Positions 1 through 12,443 of a stretch of DNA of 64,000 nucleotides are shown here, in pieces; position 1 is the first letter of the stretch; each line of letters opens with the position of its first letter. The translations under genes and the position numbers were made by a program. A model generated the notes under the pieces. The model was not told where the DNA came from. It saw only the letters and a program-made list of their open reading frames with translations, and did not search any database. Source of the DNA: Mobula hypostoma (Eukaryota); the NCBI RefSeq assembly GCF_963921235.1, contig NC_086108.1:101806001-101870000 (forward strand), given 5' to 3'.

Positions 1-345
1 CAGTTCTCACTGTGGAAGGTTTGAAAAGGTGCCACGCATGAGGCTGCTTAACAAGATAAGACCCACTGGTGTTTCAGGAGACATATTAGCTGACTGGCAG
101 AAAGCCCAGAGTGGAAATAAAGTGGGCCTTTCCTAGTTGCCTGCGATGACTAGTTGTGTGCCACAGGGGTCAGTGTTATGACTGCTTCTTTTCGCATTAT
201 ATGTCAATGACTTTGGAATTAATTGCTTTTTGGCCAAGTTTGTGGATGATATGAAGATACGTGGAGGGACAGGTAGTTTTGCGGAAGCAGAAGGACTTAG
301 ACATATTCTGGGAATGGGCAAAGTAGTGGCAGATGGAACACAGAT
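1..345 (+). mobile_element. Degraded CR1 LINE RT fragment
   Basis: KVPHMRLLNKI-like, PQGSV-like and KFVDD-like remnants matching the CR1 RT ORFs elsewhere in the window. Confidence 0.75.
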
Positions 346-635
346 AGATGAGTATTATTACTTCCATAAATGCTGATGGTTCTACAAGACAATTTGGATG
401 TGGCATGATTCAAATGGCTTCCTCTGGAAACATGGTCCGATGGTCCAATTACAATGCACTGTTGGGATGGAGAATGACACAGAGTCACAGAGTAACGTAG
501 CACAGAATCAGGCCCTTCAGCCCAACCTTTCCATGCCATCCAAAGGTGCCCACCAAAGCATTTGGCCACATTTGACTCAAGTCCCTTGCAAACCCTCCTA
601 TCCATTTATCTTTTAAATGTTGATATTTTACCTCA

Positions 636-3600
636 AAGCCATAGAAACCACAGAAAAACTACAGCACAGAAACAGGCCTTTTGGTCCTTCTTGGCTGTGC
701 CTAACTATTTTCTGCCTAGTCCCACTGACCTGCACACGGACCATATGCCTCCATACACCTCCCATCCATGTATCTCTCTTATTTATTCTTAAACGTTAAA
801 AAAGAACTTGCATTTACCACGCATTTACCTGGCAGCTCATTCCACACTCCCACCACTCTTTGTGTGAAGAAGCCCACCCCAATGATCCCTTTAAACTTTC
901 CCCCCTCACCCTTAACCCATGTCCTCTGGTTTTTTTCTCCTCTTGCCTCAGTGGAAAAAGCCTGCTTGCATTCGCTCTATCTATACCCATCATAATTTTA
1001 TATACCTCTATCAAATCTCCCCTCATTCTTCTATGCTCCGGGGAATAAAGTCCTAACCTATTCAACCTTTCTCTGTAACTGAATTTCTCAAGTCCCGGCA
1101 ATATCCTTGTAAACCTTCTCTGCGCTCTTTCAACCTTATTAATATCCTTCCTGTAATTTGGTGGCCAAAACTGAGCACAATACTCCAGATTCAGCCTCAC
1201 CAATGCCTTATACAACCTCATCATAACATTCCAGCTCTTATACTCAATACTTTGATTAATAAAGGCCAATGTACCAAAAGCTCTCTTTACGACCCTATCT
1301 ACCTGTGATGCCACTTTTAGGGAATTTTGTATCTGTATTCCCAGATCCCTCTGTTCCACTGCACTCCTCAGTGCCTTACCATTAACCCTGTATGTTCTAC
1401 CTTGGTTTGTCCTTCCAAAGTGCAATACCTCACACTTGTCTGTATTAAACTCCATCTGTCATTTTTCAGCCCATTCTTCCAGCTAGTCCAAGTTCCTCTG
1501 CAGGTTCTGAAAACCTTCCTTACTGTCTACTACATCTTCCTTACTGTCTACTGATCTTTGTATCATCAGCAAATTTGCTGATCCAATTTACCACATTATC
1601 ATCCAGATCATTGATATAGATGACAAATAACAATGGACCCAGCACTGATCCCTGTGGCACACCACTAGTCACAGGCCTCCACTCGGAGAAGCAATTCTCT
1701 ACTACCACTCTTTGGCTTCTTCCATTGAGCCAATGTCTAATCCAATTTACCACCTCTCTATGTATACCTAGTGACTGAATTTTCCTAACTAACCTCCCAT
1801 GTGAGACCTTGTCAAAGGCCTTACTGAAGTCCATGTAGACAATATCCACTGCCTTCCCTTCATCCACTTTCCTGGTAACAGCCTCGAAAAACTCCAATAG
1901 ATTAGTCAAACATGACCTACCACGCACAAAGCCATGTTGACTCTCCCTAATAAGTCCCTGTCAATCCAAATGCTTGTAGCTTCTGTCTCTTAGTACTCCC
2001 TCCAATAACTTACCCACTACCGAAGGCAAATTTACCGGCCTATAATTTGCCGGATTACTTTTCAATCCTTTTTTAAACAACGGAACAACATGAGCCACTC
2101 TCCAATCCTCCAGCACCTCACCCGTAGACACCGACATTTTAAATATATCTGCCAGGGCCCCTGCAATTTCAACACTAGTCTTCTTCAAGGTCCGAGGGAA
2201 TACCCTGTCAGGTCTTGGAGATTTATCCATTTTAATTTGCCTCAAGACAGCAAGCACCTCCTCCTTTTCGATCTGTACAGTTTCCATGATCTCACTACTT
2301 GTTTCCCTTAATTCCATAGACTTCATGCCAGTTTTCTTACTAAATACAGACGCAAAAAACCCAATTAAGATCTCCCCAATTTCTTTTGGTTCCGCACATA
2401 GCCGACCACTCTGATCTTCAAGAGGACCAACTTTATTCCTTACAATCCTTTTACTCTTAATATACCTGTAAAAACTCTTTGGATTATCCTTCACTTTGAC
2501 TGCCAAGGCAACCTCATGTCTTTTAGCCCTCCTGATTTCTTTCTTAAGTATTTTCTTGCACTTATACTCCTCAGGCACCATATTTACTCCCTGTTTCCTA
2601 TATATGTCATACAACGCCCTCTTCTTTATCAGAGTTGCAATATCCTTTGAGAACCAAGATTCCTTATTCCTATTCACTTTGCCTTTAATCCTGACAGGAA
2701 CATACAAGCTCTGCACTCTCAAAATTTCTCCTTTGAAGGCTTCCCACTTACTGACCACATCCTTGCCAGAGAACAACCTGTCCCAATCCACACTTTTTAG
2801 ATCCTTTCTCATTTCTTCAAATTTGGCCGCCTTCCAGTTCAGAACCTCAACCCTAGGATCAGATCTATCCTTGTCCATGATCAAGTTGAAACTAATGGTG
2901 TTATGATCACTGGAACCAAAGTGCTCCCCTACACAGACTTCTGTTATTTGTCCTAACTGGTTTCCTAACAGGAGATCCAATATTGCATCCCCTCTAGTTG
3001 GTCCCTCTATATATTGATTTAGAAAACTTTCCTGAACACATTTTGCAAGCTCTAAACCATCTAGACCCCTAACAGTATGGGAGTCCCAATCAATATATGG
3101 AAAATTAAAATCCCCTACCACCACAACTTTATGTTTTCTGCAGTTGCCTGCCATCTCTGTGCAGATTTGCTCCTCCAATTCTCTCTGACTATTGGGTGGT
3201 CTATAATACAACCCCACTAACGTGGCCATACCTTTCCTGTTTCTCTGCTCCACCTATAAGGACTCAGTAGACAAGCCCTCTAATCTGTCCTGCCTGAGCA
3301 CTGCTGTAATATTTTCCCTGACAAGCAATGCTACCCCCCACCTTTCATTCCTCTGCCTCGATCACATCTGAAACATCGGAACCCTGGAATATTAAGCTGC
3401 CAGTCCTGCCCCTCCTGTAGCCAAGTTTCACTAATTGCTATAACGTCATAATTCCACGTGTCAATCCACGCCCTCAACTCATCCGCCTTCCCTGCAATAC
3501 TCTTAGCATTGAAATGTATACACCTCAGAAGATTTTTGCCACCACTCACAACCTTTCTATTTGCGGCTTTGCTTGAACTTTTAACATTATTTATTTTCAC

Positions 3601-3675
3601 CCCAGCCACACTGTCAGCTCTGGCACCCTGGTTCCCATCCTCCTGCAAATCTAGTTTAAAGCATCCCCAATAACA
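636..3675 (-). mobile_element. CR1 LINE, ORF2 plus 3' end, truncated at the end of ORF1
   Basis: Colinear minus ORFs: 3331-3648 (APE N-terminus, FNAKSI..ISETW), 1961-3253 (GDFN, SDH), 1541-1927 ([19 protein letters not shown]), 814-1455 (C-terminal); CR1-type tail near 640-670. Confidence 0.93.
814..3660 (-). pseudogene. CR1 ORF2 (APE endonuclease-reverse transcriptase), disrupted
   Basis: Four ORF pieces separated by stops/frameshifts; small local duplication at ~1513-1552. Confidence 0.9.
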
Positions 3676-3679
3676 CTAA

Positions 3680-5005
3680 CCTACTTCAACTAGCTTCTCT
3701 GGCAAATCAGTCCATATACATACCACTCTCCAAAGTTGCCACTCAGGCCCCTCTTCTCTCACCTAAAACCTATACCCTCTTGCATTTTATTTCTTTTTCC
3801 AGGAAAAACAAAATGACTGTGTGCCTTCATCCAATTTCTGTCCCTAATCATTTTGTACATCTCTGTAAAGAAAAGTAGGTGATGGCACTGGGCCTGTATT
3901 TGCTGGAGTTTAATAGAATGAGTGGATATCTTATTGAAACCTTTTGAATATTGCTAGAGCTAGACAGAGCCGATGTGGAGAGGATGTTTCCTTCAGTGGG
4001 GGTGCCTTTTACCAGAGCACAGAGGCTTAGAACTGAGGGATGTCCATTTGCAACGGGAATGAGGGAAAATGTCTTTATCCAGAGGGTGGTGAGTCCAAAG
4101 AATTCATTGCTACAGATGGCTGTGCTGTACTGGCCAAATCATTGGGTATATTTAAGGCAGTAGTTAATAGGTTCTTGTTTAACCAGGGTATCAAAGGAAG
4201 AAGCAGGAGAATAGTGTTAAGAGGGCACTCTTTCAAACTTAAACACCACCTTTCCCATAACAGGCAACCAAAACTACACACAATTTCCAAAGTGTGGCCA
4301 CACCAGCATCTTTTACAACTGCAACATAATGTCCCAGCTCCTATATGCTGTGCCATGACTGATGAAAGCTAACATGCAAATGCATTCTTCACCATTCTAT
4401 CTACCTGTAATGTCAATTTCAACAAACTATGTACTTAAACTCCGAGCTCATGGATAGGCACATGGATGAGATAAAACTGGAGGGCTATGTGTGAGGGAAG
4501 TGTTAGACTGACCTGAGAGTGGGTTAAAAGGTGCAATGTTGTGGACTGAAGTGCCCATACTGTGCTCGACTGTTCTGTGTTCAACACTTGTTCTAAGTCT
4601 GTCCATTTGTTGCAAGGTCCTGTCCTGGTTTGATCTGTCAAAATGCAATACCTCATTTTTATCTGGATTTGAATCCATTGGCCATTCCTTGGTCCACTTA
4701 CCAAGATGATCAAGATCCTCTGTGACTTTTGATCACCATCTTGAATCTGTATACTTACCAACCATGCCTTATGTATTGTCATCCAAATCATTCATATAAA
4801 TAATGAACAACAAAGGTCCCAGCATCGTTCCCTGTGGCACACCACTATTCAGACGCCTCCAGTCCAAGAAACAGCCTTCATTATTACTCAAAGCAACACA
4901 CACAAATTACTGGAGGCAGCATTAGTAGAAATGAAGAAGCAGCCAACGTTTTGGACCAAGATGCTATCACCCTCTGCTTCCTACCATCGAACAAATTGTG
5001 AATTT
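3680..5005. mobile_element. Cluster of degraded CR1 fragments (minus 3680-3870, plus 3875-4222, minus 4225-5005)
   Basis: ORF 3951-4163 (DRADVERMF..MRENVFIQRVV) resembles the CR1 C-terminus; minus NEVLHFDRSN and VPQG remnants. Confidence 0.7.
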
Positions 5006-5093
5006 AATGTTGCGTAGTAGTGCCATCAAACAATAGAACATAGAATAGTACAGCACAGTACAGGCGCTTCGGCCCACAATGTTGTGCCAACCC

Positions 5094-8022
5094 TCAAACC
5101 CTGCCACCCATATAAGCCACCACCTTAAATTCCTCCATATACCTGTCTAGTAGTCTCTTAAACTTGACTAGTGTATCTGCCTCCACCACTGACTCAGGCA
5201 GTGCATTCCACACACCAACCACTCTCTGAGTAAAAAACCTTCCTCTAATATCCCCCTTGAACTTCCCACCCCTTGCCTTAAAGCCATGTCCTCTTGTATT
5301 GAGCAGTGGTGCCCTGGGGAAGAGGCGCTGGCTATCCACTCTATCTATTCCTCTTAATATCTTGTACACCTCTATCAGGTCTCCCCTCATCCTTCTTCTC
5401 TCCAAAGAGTAAAGCCCTCAGTCCCTTAATCTCTGATCATAATGCATACTCTCTAAACCAGGCAGCATCCTGGTAAATCTCCTCTGTACTCTTTCTAATG
5501 CTTCCACATCCTTCCTATAGTGAGGCGACCAGAACTGGACACAGTACTCCAAGTGTGGCCTAACCAGAGTTTTATAGAGCTGCATCATTACATCGCGACT
5601 CTTAAACTCTATCCCTCGACTTATGAAAGCTAACACCCCATAAGCTTTCTTAACTACCCTATCCATCTGTGAGGCAACTTTCAGGGATCTGTGGATGTGT
5701 ACCCCGAGATTCCTCTGCTCCTCCACACTACCAAGTATCCTGCCATTTACTTTGTACTCTGCCTTGGAGTTTGTCCTTCCAAAGTGTACCACCTCACACT
5801 TCTCCAGGTTGAACTCCATCTGCCACTTCTCAGCCCACTTCTGCATCCCATCAATGTCTCTCTGCAATCCTTGACAATCCTCTACACTATCTACAACACC
5901 ACCAACCTTTGTGTCGTCTGCAAACTTGCCAACCCAACCTTCTACCCCCACATCCAGGTTGTTAATAAAAATCACGAAAAGTAGAGGTCCCAGAACAGAT
6001 CCTTGGGGGACACCACTAGTCACAATCCTCCAATCTGAATGTACTCCCTCCACCACCACCCTCTGCCTTCTGCAGGCAAGCCAATTCTGAATCCACCTGG
6101 CCAAACTTCCCTGGATCCCATGTCTTCTGACTTTCTGAATAAGCCTATTGTGTGGAACCTTGTCAAATGCCTTACTAAAATCCATATAGATCACATCCAC
6201 TGCACTACCCTCATCTATATGCCTGGTCACCTCCTCAAAGAACTCTATCAGGCTTGTTAGATACGATCTGCCCTTCACAAAGCCATGCTGACTGTCCCTG
6301 ATCAGACCATGATTCTCTAAATGCCCAGAGATCCCATCTCTAAGGATCTTTTCCAACAGCTTTCCCACCACAGACGTAAGGCTCACTGGTCTATAATTAC
6401 CCGGACTATCCCTACCACCTTTTTTGAACAAGACGACGACATTCGCCTCCCTCCAATCCTCCGGTACCATTCCCGTGGACAACAAGGACATAAAAATCCT
6501 AGCCAGAGGCTCAGCAATCTCTTCCCTTGCCTTGTGGAGCAGCCTGGGGAATATTCCGTCAGGCCCCGGGGACTTATCCATCCTAATGTATTTTAACAAC
6601 TCCAACACCTCCTCTCCCTTAATATCAACATGCTCCAGAACATCAACCTCACTCATATTGTCCTCACCATCGTTCCCTCTCATTGGTGAATACCGAAGAG
6701 AAGTATTCATGGAGGATCTCGCTCACTTCCACAGCTTCCAGACACATCTTCCCACCTTTATCTCTAATTGGTCCTACCTTCACTCCTGTCATTCTTTTTC
6801 TCTTCATATAATTGAAGAATGCCTTGGGGTTTTCCTTTACCGTACTCTCCAAGGCCTTCTCATGCCCCCTTCTTGCTCTTCTCAGCCCCTTAAACTCCTT
6901 TCTTGCTTCCCTATATTCCTCAATAGACCCATCTGATCCCTGCTTCCTAAACCTCATGTATGCTGCCTGCTTCCACCTGACTAGATTTTCCACTTCACTT
7001 GTCACCCATGGTTTCTTCACCCTACCATTCTTTATCTTCCTCACGGGGACAAATTTATCCCATACATCCTGCAAGGGATCTCTAAACATCAACCACATGT
7101 CCATAGTACATTTCCCTGCAATATCATCCTCCCAATTCACACCCGCAAGTTCTAGCCTTATAGCTTCATAATTTGCACTTACTCAATTAAAAATCTTCCT
7201 GTCCTCTCTGATTTTATCCTTTTCCATGATAATGCTAAAGGCCAGGGAGCGGTGGTCACTGTCCCCCAGATGCTCACCCACTGAGAGTTCTGTGACCTGA
7301 CCCGGTTCATTACCTAGTACTAGATCTAGTATGGCATTCCCCTGGTCGGCCTGTCCACATACTGTGACAGGAATCCGTCCTGGACACACTTAACAAACTC
7401 TGCCCCATCTAAACCCTTGGAACTAATCAAGTGCCAATCAATATTAGGGAAGTTAAAGTCACCCATGATAACAACCCTGTTATTTTTGCACCTTTCCAAA
7501 ATCTGCCTCCCAATCTGCTCCTCTGTATCTCTGCTGCTGCCAGGGGGGCCTATAGAATACCCCCAATAGAGTAACTGCTCCCTTCCTGTTCCTGACTTCC
7601 ACCCATACTGACTCAAAAGAGGATCCTGCTACATTACCCACCCTTTCTGTAGCTGTGATAGTATCCCTGACCAGTGATGCCACACCTCCTCCCCTTTTTC
7701 CGCCCTCTCTATCCCTCTTAAAGCACTGAAATCCAGGAATATTGAGAATCCATTCCTACCCTGGTGCCAGCCAAGTCTCTGTAATGGCCACCACATCATA
7801 ATTCCACGTATGTATCCAAGCTCTCAGTTCATCACCTTTGTTCCTGATGCTTCTTACATTGAGGTATACACATTTCAGCCTTTCTACCTTACTGTCTTTA
7901 CACCATTTATTCTGCTTCTCTTTCCTCAAAGCCTCTCTATATGTTAGATCTGGTTTTACTCCATGCACTTCCTTCACTGCCCTATCGCTCTGGGTCCCAT
8001 CCCCCTTGCAAATTAGTTTAAA
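5094..8022 (-). pseudogene. CR1 ORF2 APE-RT, frameshifted
   Basis: [36 protein letters not shown] and FADD motifs across successive ORFs. Confidence 0.92.
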
Positions 8023-8851
8023 CCCTCCCGAACCATGCTAGCAAACCTACCTGCAAGAATATTGCTCCCCCTTGAGTTCAGGTGCAACCCATCCAATCTG
8101 TATAGGTCCCACCTTCCCCAGAAGAGATCCCAATGATCTAAAAATCTAAAACCCTGCTCCCTGCACCAACTCCTCAGCCACGCATTCAACTGCCATCTCC
8201 TCCAATTCTTACCATCACTGTCACGTAGCACTGGCAGCAATCCTGAGAATGCCACCCTTGAGGTCCTGTTCTTCAGCCTTCTGCCTAGTTCCCGAAACTC
8301 TCACTTCAGGAACTCATCCCTCTTCCTGCCTATGTCGTTGGTCCCAACATGTATCACGACTTCTGGTTGCTTTCCCTCTCGTACCAGGATGTCGTGCACC
8401 TGGTCAGAGACATCCCGGACCCTGGCACCCGGGAGGCCACAAATCATGTGGGTGTCCTTCTCACATCCACAAAATCTCCTGTCTGCTCCCCTGACTATAG
8501 AGTCTCCAATGGCAATAGCTCTCCTCTTCTCTGTCCCATGCTTCTGCACCACAGGGTCAGACTCAGTGCTGGAGGTCCTGCCACCATGGCTCACACCTGG
8601 TCGGTCGTCCCCACCAACAGTATCCAGGACGGTAAACTTATTATTCAGGGGAATAGCTACAGGGGTGCTCTGCACTACTTGTCTGCTCACCTTCGCTTTC
8701 CCCCCTCTGACTGTCACCCAACGACCTGCTTCCGGCAGCCTAGGTGTGACTACCTCCTTGTAGCTCTCATCTATGACTGCCTCATTCTCCCTTATGAGTC
8801 GAAGGTCATCCAGGTGCTGCTCCAGATTCCTTACACGGTCTTCCAGATCGC
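8013..8851 (-). pseudogene. CR1 ORF1 with SGNH/GDSL esterase domain, disrupted
   Basis: GDSIVRG, LPGARV, HVGTND and DGLHLN motifs; leucine-zipper-like LEDRVRNLEQHLDDL. Confidence 0.9.
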
Positions 8852-8859
8852 CCATTGAT

Positions 8860-9095
8860 TGTGACTGGATTCCTACCGCCGTCTGTAAGGAGTTTGTAAA
8901 GTTTTCCTTGTGACTGCACATTCCAAAAATATACAGTTATGGTCAGTGATTTGTGGGCATGCTATGTTGACATCAAAAGTGTGGCGATACTTGTGAGCTG
9001 CCCCCAGCACATCCTAGCTGATTTGATTTGATGCAAACAAGGTGTTCCACTGTAGTTTTATCAATGTTTTAATGTACATGTGACAAATAAGTCAA
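8860..9095 (+). mobile_element. SINE-like fragment
   Basis: Ends in GTACATGTGACAAATAA, like the related copy at 56075-56335. Confidence 0.45.
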
Positions 9096-9214
9096 AGTAA
9101 ATTTGTTATTTATAGAACAGTTCTATGTCCAATGTCCTAACTTTGATATCCATATTATAATCTGCAGTTTGTTTATGAACATATGTTTAGAAATTCAGTT
9201 GTGCATTGCATATA

Positions 9215-9688
9215 AACATTGAACCATGTGATAGAGAGCATGTCCTGCATGGTCCAGCATCCCTGATGATAGACGCTACTTCATATCTACAGGAAATGTT
9301 GTTGCAGGAAAACAGCATCTATCATCAGAGACCTCCACCACCCAGGATATCTTCTCTTCTCACTGCTGCCATTAGGAAGAAGGTACAGGAACTTCAGGAC
9401 TCATTGAACTATAGCCACAACCAATGGACTCACTTTCAAGGACTCTTCATCTCATGTTCTCAATATTGATTGTTAATTTATTTAATTATTATTTCTTCTC
9501 TTTGCATTTGCACCAATTGTTGTTTTCTGCACTCTGGTTAAAAGCATTAGTTTGGTGGCCATTCATTCATTCTGTTATATTTACTACTCTATAGATTTGT
9601 TGAGTATGCCCACAAGTAAATGAATCTTGGGTTTGTATATTGTAACATATATGTACTTTGATAATAAAATTTTCTTTAAACTTTTGAA
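9215..9688 (+). mobile_element. Rex1/Babar-like LINE 3' fragment
   Basis: ASIIRD..HPG..FSLLP.GRRY-like remnant; 3'UTR ending GTACTTTGATAATAAAAT. Confidence 0.7.
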
Positions 9689-9834
9689 ACTCTAGTTAAG
9701 TGACTCATATTCAAATTGGCTTGGAGGTGACTGAAAGTGAAACAGAACACCTTCAGCCCTTGGGAGGCTTCCAGAACCTTAGTGTAATTAGGTTAGTCAT
9801 CATCAAACCTAATCCTTTTTTTCTTAAGGACTCC

Positions 9835-10770
9835 AGCTGGCACGGTTTCTTCAAAGAAAATTTTGCCTGACAGATCTGTTTGAACATTTTCAAGAAATAA
9901 CATGCAGGAGAGACAAAGTAGAATTTGTACATGTTGTGTACTTGGATATTCAGAAGGCGTTTGACAAGAAGCTGCAAGTGTGGCTGATGAACAAGATAAG
10001 ATCCCAAGATATTATAGGAAGGATACTAGCATGGATAGAGCGTTGACTGATTGGCAAGTGGCAAAAAGTGGGAGGGAAGAGATCCTTTTTAGGTTGGCTG
10101 CTGGTGCTTCGTGGGGTTCCACAAGTGTCAATGTTGAGGCCGCTTCTTTTAATGTTGTTTGTCAGCGATTTGGATGATGAGATTGATTGCTTTGTGGCAA
10201 ACTTTGTGATTGATACAAAGATAGGTGTAGGGTAGGTAGTATTGAGGAAGCAGAGAGGTTGCAGAACAATTTAGACAGATTAGGAGAATAGGCAAGGAGG
10301 TAGCAGATGGAAAAACAGTGTTGGCAGTGTCAGTCATGCACTTTAGTAGTAGAAATAAAAGCATAGACTATTTTTTCTAAATAAGGAGAAAACTCAAAAA
10401 ATATGAAAAGTAAAGGGATTTTGGAGTCCTCTTACAGGATTCCCTGAAGTTTAATTTACATGTTCAATCAGTGATGAGGAAGACAAATGCAATGTTCGCA
10501 CTCATTTCAAGAAAACAAGAATATTAAAGCAAGGATATAATGCTGAGGCTCTATTACTGATGAGATATCACTTGGAGTATAGTGAACAGTTTTGAGCCCC
10601 TTATTTAAGAAAGGATGTGCTGGAGAAGGTTCAAAGGAGGTTTAAGAAAATGATTCTGGGATTGAAAGGCTTTTCATATGAGGAGGTTTTGAGGGCTGTG
10701 GGTCTGTACTCACTGGAATTCAGAAGAATGAGAAGTGATCTCATTGAAACATCAAATGTTGAAAGGCCTC
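9835..10770 (+). mobile_element. Old CR1 RT fragment
   Basis: Degenerate YLDIQKAFDK and FV.DTK motifs plus C-terminal remnants. Confidence 0.75.
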
Positions 10771-11182
10771 GAAAGCTTTCTCCATGGGGATAGCAGTGTA
10801 GAGGGACTAGATATCAGTCATGATTATGAAATGATCGGGCCCAGGGCTCTGAAAGTGATTGAAAAGATCGAGAGCATCTGAACAGTCATGGATGTAACTA
10901 GGGAAATACTGAATTTTTTCACGATTTAATTCTTTATGGTAACTTAGAGTAATATTTTATGTCTTTCACTGTACTGCTGCCACCAAAACAACAGATCACA
11001 CAACATTTGTCAGTGGTAATGAAATTGATTCATACAGATGACTGATAGTGCATATATACATCCAAATGACTCCCTTCCTCTCTCTCTACAAGTGCTTGCA
11101 TGTTCCCGGTGAAGTATTATTCAACTTTAAATATTACTCATTCTTTAATGACCTTAGGCAGAGGCAACATAGACTGTGGGAT

Positions 11183-12443
11183 CATAAAAGGCTGGAGAAA
11201 CTCAGCAGGCCAGGCAGCATCTGGCCGAGACCCTTAATCAGAACTGGAAAAAGAAGATGAGAAGTCAGAGTAGGAAGGTGGGTGGAGGAGAGAAAGAAGC
11301 ACAAGGTGACAGGTGAAACTGGGAGGGTGAAGTAAAGAGCTGGGAAGTTGATTAGTGAAAGCGATACAGGGCTGGAGAAGGGGGTATCTGATGGGAGAGG
11401 ACAGTAGGCCATGGAAGAAAGAAAAGGGGGCGTAGCACCAGAGGAAAATGACAGGCAGGTAAGGAGATAAGTTGAGAGAGGGAAATGGGAATAACGGATG
11501 TGGAATAGTGAAGGAGAGGGTGGAGCTTGTCCATTCATCCCTCCTCACTGATCTCTCTCCTGGCATTTATCCTTGAAAATGGAACAAATACTACACCTGC
11601 CCCTACACCTCCTCCCTCATTACCATTCAAGGTCCTAAACAGTCCTTCCAGGTGAGGCGACACTTCACCTGTGAGTCTGTTTGGGGTCATCTAGTTTACC
11701 TGGTGCTCCTGGTGTGTCTTCCTGTATATCAATGAGACCCAACATAGATTGCAAGACCGCTTCACTGAGTCCCTATGCTCCATCTGCCAGAAAAAGTAGG
11801 ATCTCCCAGTAGCCACCCATTTCAATTTCACTTCCAACATGTCAGTCTGTGGCCTCCTCTACTGTCATGATGATGTCAGACTCAGGTTGGAGAAGCAACA
11901 TCTTGTATTCTGTCTGGGTAGCCTCCAACCTGATGGCATGAACATCAATTTCTTAAACTTCCGGTAATTCCTCCCCTTCACCAATCCCCATCCCCCTTCC
12001 CCTCTCTCACCTTATGTCATTGCCTGCCCATCACATCCTCCCCGCTTTTTTTTCTTCCATGGCCTTCATCTTCTATCAGATTCCCCCTTCTCCAGAATTC
12101 CCCTGATGCTCCTCCCCACTTTTCTTTCTTCTGTGGCCTTTTGTCTTCACCTATCAGACTCCCACTTCTCAGCCCTGTACCTCTATCGCTAATCAACTTC
12201 CCAGCTCTTTACCTCACCACTCCCCCTCCAGGTTTCACCTGTCACCCTGTGGTTCTTCCTCCACTCCACCCACTTTCTTACACCGTCTCCTCATCTTTTT
12301 CTCCAGTCCTGATGAAGGGTCTCGGCTCAAAATGTCGACTTACTCTTTTCCATAGATGCTACCTGGCCTGTTGGATGAGTTCCCCCAGCATATGGTGTGT
12401 GTTTCTTGGATTTCCAGCATCAGCAGATTTTCTCTTGTTTGTT
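11183..12443 (+). mobile_element. Penelope-like element, 5'-truncated, with inverted upstream pseudo-LTR
   Basis: GIY-YIG remnant ~11530-11967; 11183-11527 is an inverted copy of the 3' region; TSD ATAGACTGTGGGAT (11169-11182) / ATAGATTGTGGAAT (12444-12457). Confidence 0.85.
12305..12340 (+). ncRNA. Minimal type-I hammerhead ribozyme motif (Penelope pLTR), GAAA mutated
   Basis: AGTC-CTGATGA-AGGGTCTCGGCTC-AAAA-TG-TC-GACT. Confidence 0.65.

Larger units (their letters stand above)
5031..8851 (-). mobile_element. Near full-length CR1 LINE, 5'-truncated in ORF1
   Basis: 3' tail ATAGAACATAGAATAG at ~5033; RT ORF 5418-6710; APE pieces 7183-7977; ORF1 pieces 8013-8255 and 8301-8851. Confidence 0.95.
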
